DNA from: Caecitellus pseudoparvulus
Taxonomy: Eukaryota > Protista > Bigyra: Bicosoecida
Assembly: GCA_965644315.1 (NCBI GenBank)
Contig: CBFFRQ010000013.1
Location: forward strand, 868,001 to 932,000
Reading direction: 5' to 3'
DNA: 64,000 nucleotides
Made by a program: the position numbers and the translations under genes. Numbering within the stretch: position 1 is the first letter of the stretch; every line of letters starts with the position of its first letter. A model generated the notes under the pieces. The model had not been told where the DNA came from, ran no database searches, and worked only from the letters and a program-made list of their open reading frames with translations. This document shows, piece after piece, positions 1 to 12,200 of this stretch.

Positions 1-3000
1 GTGGAAGGTGCGGAAATTGAAGCAGCACAAGCGTGAGCGAGCTCTCTCACGCCCTGCTCGCCTCACCCGTGGCCCACAGACTGGCACAGCGTTGCATCCA
101 GCTTAGGAGTGCACTTGATATCCTCTCTGGACAAGGCTGTCACCCAAGGCAAGGTGATTCCGGAGGATCTGCAGCAGCGTGAGAGCATGCCTGGCTATTG
201 CGTCCACCGCGCCAGCCAGCAACAAAACATGCCCTCCCCACGCCCCCCCTCCTCCTTAGAATGGACGGACATGCTGACTGGTCGGGACTCCTTCATGTGC
301 ATGTTCGGGAGGGCGCTGGAGGAGGAAGGCGTGCGAGTGGGCGGCATGGCCAGCATGCAGCCTTCCCTGGGCGCTGTGCTGCTGCGGTGGACAGCAACCC
401 AGACTGCCTTGCTGGAGGCAGCCATCGACGCAGCCGCACTGCACCTGACCCCAGAGGACGAAGCCTCCGGCGCGGCAGCGTGCTTTGTGTCCAGTTTGAG
501 CTGCCAGCCTGTGCTCCTGGCCCCGTCGGCATTCGTCGCTGCCCTGCAACTGCACCTGCCTGTGTTCCCCCGTGGAGTGCAGGTGAGGCTCCTTGCAGCT
601 CTGCCCCAGTTGCTCTCCAGTGTGGATGTCGCAGATGTCGCGGGGGAGCTGCTGTGCGGACACCTCGCGGCAGCCCCCGAGACTGCACCGGCTGTTCTGG
701 ATGCGGCTGAGGCGCTGTGTTTGCCGACTGATGCGGTGGCGGCTTTGGTGAAGGAGGCTGTGGGCATGCTGCCCTTTGCAGAGGGAGCGTCCACTCCGGC
801 CCTGGCTTCGTTTGTCCTGCGCAATGCTGGTGCCTTGCTCGCAGAAGAGGCTGCCGAGCCGCGCAGCAAGCGGTCCCGCAGCGCCTCCTCCCCCTCCAGC
901 GCTGTGCACGACGCCAGCGCAGCGAGGAGCTCAATGAACACGGAGGAGGTGCTGCATGCTGTCTTCCAGTGTATTGAGCAGTGCTGCAGTGGCGGACTCC
1001 AGGGCGACGTGTCTCCTGGGCTGGCCCTCTTGCTGGCAGCCTGTCGTCGGGCAATGGTGTCCAATTTGCCCCAGCTGCCTGTCTGGGCAGAGCGCTGGGT
1101 GTCTGAGCTAGAGGGCGAGGACGCTGACCTGCACCTTCACGGTCCTCGCTTTCTGGCAGCCAGTTCCCTGAACTGGTGCTGTGCACACGTGCTGACTGCC
1201 GCAGGGTTTGGCCGGGCGAGTGACACAGCCGTGTCCCAGCTGCTCAGCGCCGTGGCGAACTCCAAGCTTACCCAGGATGACCTGGTGCAACTGTTCGAGT
1301 CCCTTTTCACTGTGTTCGACACCACTTGTGACGACGCTGTCGTCTGGACAGCCGAGGCCTTGTCGCGAGCAGCGTTGCGAGCGCCGCAAGGCAAAGGAAA
1401 AGCAGGCGCCAAGGCGGTTGCACGGCAGCAGTGCGTGGTGCTGGCTGCACTCACAGCTTTACTGAAGGCATGCATGGGCCCTGAATCCGGGGTAGAGCAA
1501 CTCAACGAGGCAGTCTTTGCCATACTGCGCCTTGCTGTGAAGGGCAACGGGGCGGCGGCGGCGCTGGCACTGCAACCTGTGCTGCACGTGCTACAACTCA
1601 CGGGGCAACCACTTCAAAGTCTGGGCCGTTTCTGGGAGTACTTTGTCTCTGTCATGGACCACATGAGCGCTGTGGAGCCGGACTTCGTCCATGCGTTGTA
1701 TGCGTGCTTGTTGCTGCTGCGCGTCGGCGCGGACGGCACGCCCCACCACGAGCTGGATGTCATGATCAACAAGCAGCTGCAGAGCAAAGACCCCAAGTAC
1801 CTCGCTTGTGGAGTGATGGGCACGTTGTGCAAGCTGCGCTGGCTTGGCTGGTGGGCTGCCCAGCAAGGCCCCGAGCCTGGGGGTGTCCGCATCGCCTCGC
1901 TGGATGCGGCAGCCGGGGCAGGGGCGCCAGACTGCAGCCCCAAGGGCGTGCAAGACTGCCTGAGCCAGGCCCTGTCACTGTTGGGGCCGAGACACGATGC
2001 AAAGGCACTCCTGCTCGTCATGCTGGCGAGCGCTGCAGCGGGACCGGGCACGCAGTCGCACGGGGGTCCCGTGGCAGCGCCTGGCCATGCAACGTCAGCC
2101 TTCGTGCAGTGGAGTCAGCAGCGGTTGCAGGGTCTGCAAGGCGTGCCAGCTGCGAGTCAAGACTGTGTACCAGCATTTCCGAACCTTGCCCTGCAAGCGG
2201 TGCTGGACGCCATCTCGGAGTTGCTGGAGAGTGACTGTTTGCAGCCGGCGCTGCCTGCACCTCACTTGGGCGGCGCCTTTGCGCCGCCCGTCTCCTTCTC
2301 GCAGTGCAACGGAGATCCACAGCGCCTGATTCTGTGCGAGCTGAACCATGACATGCCCGACTGGTCACCACTCGCCCTGGACTCCCACGCCTTGGCAAAG
2401 GGCCAGTGCAGCACTGTGCATGCTGCTCTGCTCTGGCCAGCCCTTCAGGCAGCCATGGCATGCGCGCAGGCGCTGGAAGGCGCCGCGCTTGAAGGCATGG
2501 AGGACTTTCTGTCTGCGGGAGTCGTCCTGCCGGAACATGTGGGTGACTTTGTCACTGCGTGGCAGGGCGCAGAGTTGGGGCAGTCGGCTGCGGCAGCTGC
2601 CAGCACTTGGCCCGAGTGGGCCCAGCGCACGGTGCACCAGCAAGCGGAAGATGTGGCCCGGGTCTTCGTGGCCATGAATTGGTTCCGGTCCGTCATGAAC
2701 ACGTGGGCCGTCACCGGCACGCAGTGTGCACGGTTCACCTCCCGTTTCGCCAGTCTACACCTGGCACTGCGTGCCTTGGAACAGTGGCTGGCTCGAGCCC
2801 TGCACCTCATGCCGAGTGACAGCCATGCACAGCAAGCTGTGCAACACCTGGCACTCGCACAGCCCCTGATCCAGAAGTGTGCGAGTGGGTTTCATTCCGG
2901 CGCCGCCAGCTTCCTGCAACCACAGATCGTACCGGCACCCTGGCTGATGGACGGCGAGGAGGAGCTTGGGGCGCCGCCTGGCAAGAAAAGCACCCTTGGT

Positions 3001-4473
3001 GCGTCGTGGAGCGCGGCGTTGGTCCCGCTCATGCCGCACGTCAGTGCGGTGTGGGCTGCAGCACCTGCTGCAGCCTGGCCTGCATCGAGTTTGCGGGCAG
3101 GCCTCAGCCCACGCTGTGTGGCCTGCCCCAAGCGGCTGCACCCGTCAGTCTCGGCGTCATTTTATCACCGCATCACATCAGCCCCAATGCCCCGGAAGGG
3201 GGCAGAGCAGCTCTTCGAGTTGCTGCTGGGGCCAGCGCCGGGACACTCAGGCGGTAGTATGGCAGTTCTGGGAGCCATCGACGCTGTGCACGAGGCGTGC
3301 CATGCGATGGATGGCGGCATCGGGGACGTTGCGATCGCTTCCAGCACTCTCTGCGAAGCAGTCAGGCTGCTGGCATGGGTTGTGCAGCACATGGACGCAG
3401 TGCATGCGTGCTGGGAAGACGCTTCGGCATCCGTTGCCAAGGCGCTCCTGGATGCACCCCGGGAGGGGCCATCCCCACCCGCCCCAGCCAGTGTCTCCTG
3501 GCCTGCGGACGGCAGGCGTGCTGTGCGCGTTGTGGCGACGTGGCTTCTGAGCCAAGTTCCCCTGCTTCCAGTACCAAAGGCTGCGCTAGCGACGCTGGGC
3601 GCAGTGCAGACTATGGCTGATGCTGTGCAAGGGGATGGGGAGGTGTTTGAAGCGCTGCAGCGTGAGATCGAACTGACGTGCCAGCGGCTGCTCGAGCAGC
3701 CACAGTCCGAGGAAACGCCCTGGAGACCTTCTGACGTCGCTGGCGTCGTCAAGCGCTACATGCGGGCGACTGCCACGCCTTTCAAGACTGCAGCAACCAT
3801 TGGGAAAGGAACCCTGCTGCCGTTGCTGAACCAGGAGCCACACGCTGCGGCGTTGCAGCTCGTGGGAGAGCACGATGTGGCGAGTGTGTGGAAGGCGCTG
3901 TTCCAACGACTGGTGGCTGCTCTGTGCCAGGAGACCGTGCCAGGGTCAGAGGCCTCAGCCCCGGAACAAGACGCCTTCCTTGCGCTGTTGGAGCAGGGCA
4001 CTGCGGCGGCGAAACTCCTCATGGTGCTGACCAAGCAGCCCATCAAGGGGGCCGCACCACTCCATGCCGTGGCTGTGCGACAGGGCGCCACTCTGTTCGC
4101 CCATGCTCGTGAGTGGGCTGGGTTCCTGACCACCATGATGCCAGTGGCCACCAAGCGAGTCGTTGCGACGCTGAAAAACATGCAGAGTGTCGGGCGCCAG
4201 CTGCACGCCATCGCGGGGCACGCCCAAGCAGCTGGCGCGCGTCGGCTGGCAACTGCCATTACCAGCCTGCGAAGCAAGCAGGAGGGCTGGCTATTCGCTG
4301 TGAAGAGCCTCTTGACTGCGGCAGGGGCAGGGCAAGTGTTCTGGATGGGCAGCTTGAAGGCGAAGGACCTGACGGGGCAGGAAGTGGGCAGTCAGCTGGC
4401 CGCCGCTGTGCCTGCATCTGACTCGGCCGCCGACTCCGATGGCGACGGCGAGGTGGACGAGGAAGGCGAATAG
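1..4473 (+). CDS. FANCD2: Fanconi anemia group D2 protein (5' end probably outside the window; predicted introns 33-79 and 179-259)
   Basis: HELDVMINKQLQSKDPKYLACGVMG matches the FANCD2 monoubiquitination-site region (Lys codon 1771-1773). C-terminal FWMGSLKAKDLTGQEVGSQ plus an acidic tail matches the FANCD2 C-terminal signature. Removing the two GT-AG introns gives an open frame back to the window edge. Confidence 0.88.
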
Positions 4474-6082
4474 ACGCCTTGGATCCGCTCTGGGTGAGGA
4501 GGACCCAGCCATGGCAGAGTGTAGCGGAACCCGATGGGTGCTAGGAGGGTACTGAGCACGACAGCCCACACGACGCCGCCGGCTGTGGCCGGTGACAGCA
4601 ACCCCGCCTGCACAGCTTGGCGTGCAATGAGAAACGAAAATTCACCTCGCCCATTCATGGCCCAGCCAAGGAGCATGGCGGGGCCCCACGCGAGGGGTGG
4701 CGGGGCCCACACCCCCAGCGCCAGCTTGCCGGCCACAGCGGCCAGGAACAGCGCAGCACCCTGCCCCAAGGCGCCGGGCGTGAACAGCGATCGCACCGGC
4801 GGCACCGCAAAGCCCACTGTGCAGGAAAAGAACAGTGCTGAGCCCCAGCCGACGAACGGGTGCACGTGTGACTCCCAGGCCTGCTTGGTTGCATCGCTGC
4901 GGGAAAACGCCAGGCCGGCCAAAAAAACGCCGAGGAGGTCGGACGAGCGAACTGCCGAGCACGCCGCCGCCATGCCCGTAGCCAGGCAGCACATGAGGAA
5001 CAGCAGGCAAGCCCCAGTGCCCGAGTGCAGCGCGGTGTAGGCGCCATGCTCGTCGCCCTGCCTTTCACTGCTGCCAGCACTGCAGAGCTCGGCCATCGTG
5101 GCCGCTTCGTCGAGGTCGATGGCCTCTTGCAGCGCTGCATCCGTGGACCCCCCGTGCAACTGGCGCCCACCCTCGGACTGCACGCTGCCTTCATCGCCCT
5201 CTCCAGTCAAGGGCACTGCCACCACCACTTCCACCGGAGTGTGGGCACCATCGCTGCCTTCATCGCTGCAGGTGACCTGTAGCGACGACGGTTCACCAGC
5301 CTGCACAGCCGTCAGCTCCAGGCCTCGCTCGGCTTGCGGCGAAGTTCCCCCAACTGCGGCCCGTACGCATGCGCTGGCAGTCGCTTCTAGCCACGCAACA
5401 TTCGCAGACACTCCCCATGCGATCGCAGTGCCGAGGAGAATGGCACCGACGCTGGCCACGATGGGCGCCGCCACAGCCCAAGCACCCACGTGGGCAGCCT
5501 CCAGAGCTTGCACTTCTGCCAGCAGCACCAAGCTCATGACGTCGTCCAGCACAGCTGCAGCGGCGATGAGGCGGCCAAGCTGGGTGTCTAGCAAGTGCGC
5601 ATCGGCAAGCAACTGGGAGGTGAAGCCGAGACTCGTGGGGGCAATGGCAGCACCTGCGGCCAGGCCCGCAGTGACGGTGCCCCCGAATGCAAGGACAATG
5701 GCAAGTGTGAAGAGGACGGGCAGGGCGACGCCTGTGGCGGCGGCTGCCGTGGCTCGAGGTAGCAGAGGCAGCAGTGCTGTGCTGTCCACTTGCAGGCCGG
5801 ACTCCACCACGAGCAGGTAAATGCCAAGCTTGCCCAGGAGCGACAGCCCATCGTGGAAGGGGACAATGTCGAGAGAAGGCGGTCCCAGGGCGGCACCAGC
5901 GATGAACTGTGCGCGTGGGCGGGCAGGGCAAGGCGTGCATTGGCCGCGCAGGAAGCGATTTCCGCAGGCCAGCCCACCTCGCCGATCAGCGGGGCGACGC
6001 CGCAGGCGAGGGCCACACTGCCTGCCGCCCACACAGAGGCAAAGAGTGCAACCAATGCCAGCTCATTTTGGATGCTGAGCAT
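4392..6082 (-). CDS. Cation/proton antiporter, CPA2 (KefB/NapA-like) family; intron 5907-5977
   Basis: Many TM helices and motifs LGIYLLVVESGL, APTSLG, AAAVLDD, LGVFLAG, MNGRGEFSFLIA. First exon MLSIQNELALVALF...PLIGE is joined in frame by a 71-nt GT-AG intron. Confidence 0.88.
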
Positions 6083-6227
6083 GATACCCAGTGGCCGCCC
6101 GTGCAACCTGTGCCAGGCGACGCGCGTGACTGTGCCGCAAGCAAGCCTCAGCTGTGCAGCTCCCCGACATGGCGCCGGCTGGGCCTCGCAGCGACTTGAG
6201 GCGCGTGTGTGTGTTTGCATGGTGCAT

Positions 6228-9200
6228 TCACCGCGAGGCCACGGTGAGTTTTGTGAGCTGCCGCAGGGTTGCAGCAACGAAGGGAGACACGGGCGCCAGG
6301 GCCGGCACGAGCGGCGCCGCCGACAGAGCTGACTGGCGCACTTCAGTGCCTTCCGCCTGCGCCGCTGCGTGCAGGAGCCAGATGTACAGGGCGCTTTCCA
6401 GGGCCTCCGTGAGGATGCGTGCGCTCTCTCGTGCGCGCGTCAGAGCACGCCACACGACGACCGGCGCCGTGGCTGTGGCCGTGCGAGCCAGGCTGCGGCT
6501 GTCCTCCGGCGCGGCGCCTGAGGAGCCGCCCATGCCGTAGCCATGCGGCGGGGGCAGCTGGGCCTCACAGGCGTCCAGGGACGCCGCTGCTGATACGCCC
6601 ACCATGGCGATGCGGCGCAGGGTGACGAGGGTCTCCAGGGCACCCCGTGCCGCGACGCCGGCCTGGATGACGGTGTCCACGAGAGTGCCGATGGGGGCGA
6701 CGGCGTCGTCTCCTGCCGCCTGCGTGGACGGCAGGTACAGCATGGGTGCGCCAGACTGCCCCAGCCCCGACACGGGCACCTGCACCCGCTGGTAGGCCAG
6801 CGCAGCCAGGAGGGCCTTCTGGCCCAGCGCCACTGCAGCTGCGGCGTACTGCGTCTGCACGAGGCCGCCCAGTGGCCCCAGCGCCACGCGGCGGGAAGCC
6901 AGGTTGCGCTCCCACGGCGTGAGGGGCGTCATGGTGGCCCACCACGGCACAGAGCCGTGCAGCTCCGTGATCTCGGGGGGCGGCGTCGTCCACGCGCCAA
7001 TGCCGCCTGAAGCCTGCACCACCCCCCGTGCCAGGCGCACCCGTGCCACATCCATGCCCTGGCCCCACGCTGCGCCGGCTGCCTGGCTGGCGTCAGTGGA
7101 GCTGGCCACGGCATACGGTGCTGCTCCGGGCTGAGCGGCCAGGCGTGCTGCCAGGCGCATGAGCAGGCTGTGCAGTGTGTGCGCTCGCAACAGGGTCATG
7201 ACTTCCTCTTGCACGGGCAGGCGGCGCTCCGTGCCAGTGGGTGGCGTGATGAGGGTGGTCAGGAGGTGGGCTGTGTGGGCAGCCAGGTGCAGCGCTGTCA
7301 GGGGCGCCGCTGGCGTGGACGCCACTTGCAGCAGCACCCGCAGCAGGGTGGCGTGCGTCCCCAGCCACACGCGGCAGCCCTCCAGCGTGGAGGTGTCCCC
7401 TGGGCGGCACGCGAGCAGGGACCGCAGGAGCAGCAGCACCGTGCGGAGGCGTGGCGCCACCACCTCCAGCAGGGCGGCGAGGGAGGCTGGTGGGCCCATG
7501 GAGAAAGCAGACGCCAGCGCGTCCCGTGCCGCTGCCAGCCACTGCAGGTCAGTCAGAGCGCCAAGAATGTCCTCTGCCAACAACGCGTCGGCGCCTCCTG
7601 GGGCCATGCACAGCTGCACGAAGGTGGTGAGGGCGGAGGACGCTAGGGTGGCCACTGCCGCGGGGTCGGCGGTGTCCAGGCCCTGTGTGAAGGCGCCGGG
7701 GCCTGTGGTGTCCAGGGCGGACTGGGCCCTGGTCAGCGCCAGGCTGACGCTGTCTAGCTGCGGGTCGGTGGCGCCGCCACGCTCCCCCTCGTCCGGGAGT
7801 GGCGCAGGTGACGCGCCCCACAGCGGAGGCAGCAGGGGGCCCTGTCCATCAGCCCCCCCGCCCAAGGCTGTCAGCTGTCCCCGCGACGCCGCAAAGGCGC
7901 GGGCGGCCTGGGCAGCGCTGGCCGCCTGCGCGTACATGGCCTGCACGCTGGCCACGCTGCCTGCCGAGAGTTTGGAGCGCAGGGCTGCCTCGTATGAGTC
8001 AGCCGCGACGAGTGTGGCCACCAGTGACGCGACGCGGCGGGAGGGCTGCAGCCCGCTGATCCACCCCCGGGCGGCAGAGGCGACGGCTCCCGAGGGGGCG
8101 ACGCTGCGCATTTGCCGGGCAAATGCCAGGACCTGCCCCAGCGCCTGCAGCGCCGCGGTGCGCAGCGCAGGGCTGCCAGACGTGGCGTCCGTCGCCGCGC
8201 TGCGCACGAGGGCTGAGCCCACAGCGGCCACTGCTGCGCCCAGCCCAGCCGATGAACGGTCCACAGCGGCCATCAGCGCAGCCCGGTCCACGCCCGTCAC
8301 GGCCTCGGCGGGGTACGCGCCGCCAGGGGAGGTGGAAGGCAGGCCCTCCGTGGCGGTGTGCTGGGCGTGGTCCAGCAGCGACGGCGCCGCTGGCGTCTCG
8401 AACACGCCCAGCGCCGCCAGTGCCGCAGCGCCCTCCACTGCCACGACGCCTGGCAGGGTGGGCACCTCGCCCACCGCCTCCCAGCCCCCCGCCGCCTCCA
8501 TGCCCTGGGCATCCAGCGTGCCGGCCAGCACGGCCACATCCACGCCCGTGTCCGGCGCGCCCCGCTGGCCTGGAGTGACACACAGCAGGGCCGTGGCCAA
8601 GGTGGAGTCGTTGGGGTCGTGGGGCACCGTCGAGCGAGTGAGCGCGCCACGGGCCAAGCGCAGGAGGGACATGGAACGGGCACCGCCGGATGAGGTGCCC
8701 TCAGCGCTGGCTGCTTGGCGCAGGATGGCCAGGGGTGCCGTGGAGCCCGGCGCCAGGAGGGCAGTCAGTGCCAACACCCGGCGTGTCAGGGGGGGCAGAG
8801 CCTGTCCACACGCGTGCTGCATGGCGTGCCCCAGCGCCGCGTACAGCCACGTGCGGCAGGTGACCGAGGCGGCGCCGCCCAGGACGGGGGACACGTCCAG
8901 TGCACTGCCGATGCCGACGGCGCTGGCGCTGGCGCCTTGCCTGGCACACAGCAGCGACGTAAGGTCGCGCATGATGGCCTCTGCCCTGCGTGCAGACCGC
9001 AGCAGCGCGCCCACGGCGACGCCTGACCCCGTCACGGCGGTGTACGTCGCGCCGCCCTCCAGCACCTGGGCAGCAGTGGAGGGTGGCGGGGCCAGGCCGG
9101 GTGCGTGGGCGCCCAAACTGGCCGTGCCTCGCAGCGTCCAGACGAGGGAGGTGGTGGTGCGCGCCAAGGCGTCGGCCAGCGGCAGGGGGGTGCGGTCAGG

Positions 9201-12200
9201 CGCCACGCCCCTCCACTTGGACAGCACTGCGTGCAGGAGGTCGTGCGTGAGGGTGGACACCGCGTCGCCAGTGGAGGACGTGGGCAGCATGGTGGGCCCA
9301 TCGCCACCAGCCGCAGGAGGGGCTGCCGTCACACTGTCCATGCTGCCTCGAGGGGCCTTTCCTGCCAGGCCCCGCAGGGGGGGTCCACGGAGCGCCTGGG
9401 TCAGAGCGGCCCCGCCCAGGTTCAACCCCACCGTGACCGCTGTGTTCCAAGCACTGACCAGGGAGGTGGCGGTGCTGGTGGAGCGCACCAGCAGGTTGTA
9501 CGTGCGCACCCACCCGCAGCCACGGAGCAGAGCTGCCCCTGCGACGGCAGGGTGCACCGCCGCCCCTCTGTGCCCTGAGCCGTGGACGTGGGAGGAGGCG
9601 CCCTCCCCGCCGCCCACGAGGGTCGTCCCGCCCTGCAGGAAGGACGAGCTGCCGCCGCCGATGAGCGTGCGCACGGCGCTGTAGCCGCCGCCGCTTTCCT
9701 CGGCGCCTTGGTCGGTCAGGTGGGGCGGTCGCAGCGCCTTGTGGGCCATGCCAGCGAGCATGACCAGGCGCATGGCAGTGGTGCTCAGCACGTCCAGGGT
9801 GTAGGCACCCACCTCCAGCGTGTGCCCTGTGCCACGCCTGGCGTGGGAGGGAGCGGGTCCACCCCGACGCAGGCGCCCGGCGTCTTGCAGCACCGTCGCC
9901 GCCAACTGCCCCAGGCCGCCCCGCAGGCCCAGCAGGGGCGCGGCGGCAGTGGCGGGCGGCAGGGGGTCCACGACTCCCTCCCCCACATCTGGGTCCACAC
10001 CCCCCACCCGCTGCTTGTACAGTGCCAGAGCTGCCGAGAGGAAGGGGCCGATGGAGGCATCTGGGCTGCTGGAGGCCGGGCCGTGTGTCGCTGCATGCAG
10101 CAGGTGCACGGGCTCGTCCAGGGGCAGGGCAGCCAGCCACAGCGCCGCAGCTGAAGCGGCACTGCCGCCCGAAGGCGGCGGCACGGCCGAGAAGAGCGCC
10201 GCCAGCGCGTACACCAGCGAATGCGGCGCGGCTGATGCGGAGGCGGTGGCAGTGGCAGTGGGTGACAGCAGCAGCACCTCAGCTGCCACGCCACGCAGCA
10301 CCAGTGCGGCCAGGGCACGCCGGCCAACGACACCGTCCGCTCGCAGCGTGCACAGGGGCTCCAGGGCCGTCGCTGTAACCTGTGCCAGCACCGACACTTC
10401 GTCGGCTCGCAGGGCGAGGTTGGGCCCCGTGGCCCGCCCGCCCTGCCCGTGGGCCTGCACGAGGGTTTGCAGGGCTGCGCCGGACATGGCCACGGCGTCC
10501 GCGGTTACCAGGCGCTCCTCCTCCTCCAAAGCAGCCAGGCCCAGGTCGGCGGGTCGCCCGGCGGAGGCGCCCACCCCCGCCCCCGTCACGTGCATGTCCG
10601 ACAGGGACAGCGCGTGGGCGCCGCAGAGGCCGCAGTCCCACAGCAAGGCAGACCAGTAGGGGCGAGGGTCGCTGCCCTGCACGTCACACAGTGTCTGATG
10701 CACCGCGGGGGCCAGGAGGCCAATGTTCATGAGGCTGTTCAGCACGGCAGCGGCAGCGGCGGTGTCCACTGGGTGGCGGAAGGCGCCGCCCCTCGCACCC
10801 ACGGCGCCGATGATGGCCCGGAGCAGGGGGTTGCGCCGGGCACTCTTGGCCGCTTCGTGCATGTCTGCGGCGGTGTCCATGGCTGCCGAGCCGCTGCTGC
10901 CGCCGCGCAGGGCCAGTGCGCGCAGCTCGTCAGGGTCCGTCACGCCAGCTGCGTTCCGCACCATCTTGCCAAAGCCCAGCAGCTCCAGGCCGATGTTCTC
11001 ACGGGGCAGGCCGTCCAGGGTGGGCACGCTGGCGGCCGTCACGGCAGCGGCGATGCCCAGGCCGTCCACACCCACACCTCCTCGGCCGGCCTGTGGGAAG
11101 TCCAGCACCACCATGGAGTGCAGCCAGGCGAGGAGGGCCTTGGCTGCCGCCCGGTGCGCCAGGTGTCCCGCCAAGAAGGCCATCTCCTGCTCATCCTGCG
11201 CGGAGCGCGTGAGCCACACGCGGCTGGAGACGTGCACCATGTCCACGCCTGTGCCCATGTCCAGGGCAGGCATGTCAGCCAGGAAGCCCCCGCGACCGGA
11301 GCAGCCACCCCCCGCCGGGTCCACGCCCAGCAGCAGAGCAACACGCTTGTACGCGTCTGCGGGGATGTCGTCGCTGCCCCAGACAGTGCTGGTGGAGGGG
11401 ACGCCATCGGCGCCGGCCCCCGCCCCCACCAGCAGCGTCAGCAAGCCATCTTCCACCGTCGCCTCGTCGCCGGCAGCTGCCGTGAGGCCCCCTGCACCCC
11501 CCTCGTGCTGGGCCCCGTGCACGCTGGGCACGCCGCCCATGGCACTGCCCAGCACCATGCGCAGAGCCAGCAGTGTCAGGCGTGCATCATCCGCGGCACT
11601 GCCGGAGTCTGGTGCCAGGGCTCGGGCGAGAGCGCGCTGCAGCGCTGCGAGGTGTGAGCCGCCCACCCACCCTGTGGCGGTGCGCCGCTTCTTCACCAGG
11701 GCTGACGGGGCGGCGTAGCTGACGAGGGAGGTCGCGCTGCGCTTGCGACCGCGGCCGCTGCCTCGCTGGGTGCTCTCGTGAGTCGCCAGGGCCTGCAGTG
11801 TCAACTCCTCCCATTCCTCGCCCTGCCCATCAGCGTCGTCTGCGTACCCTTCGCTGCCGTACGCGTCTGCTGGGCCGTAGCGGAACGCCAGGCACACTGT
11901 GCCGTCCTGCTCCCGTGGCAAGCCCAGGCTGTACCCCACCTCGCCAGGACCCGAGTGCCCAGGGCGCAGGTCCCCCCCTCCTCCGCTGCCCCGCATGTTG
12001 CGCCGCCGCACGGGGGTGCCCCACAGCGCAGGCTGCCGTGTCAGCTGCGACACGAGCTCGGCGTGGAAGGTGCTGGTGGCACGGGGGCCAGTGGTGAGGC
12101 CGCTCAGCACCTGCACTGCAGCCAGGCTGACACGCCCATCCTGGCCAGTGCTGTACGCGGCGTAGCGCAGGATGGGCGGGATGACCTTGAGGTCCAGCAA

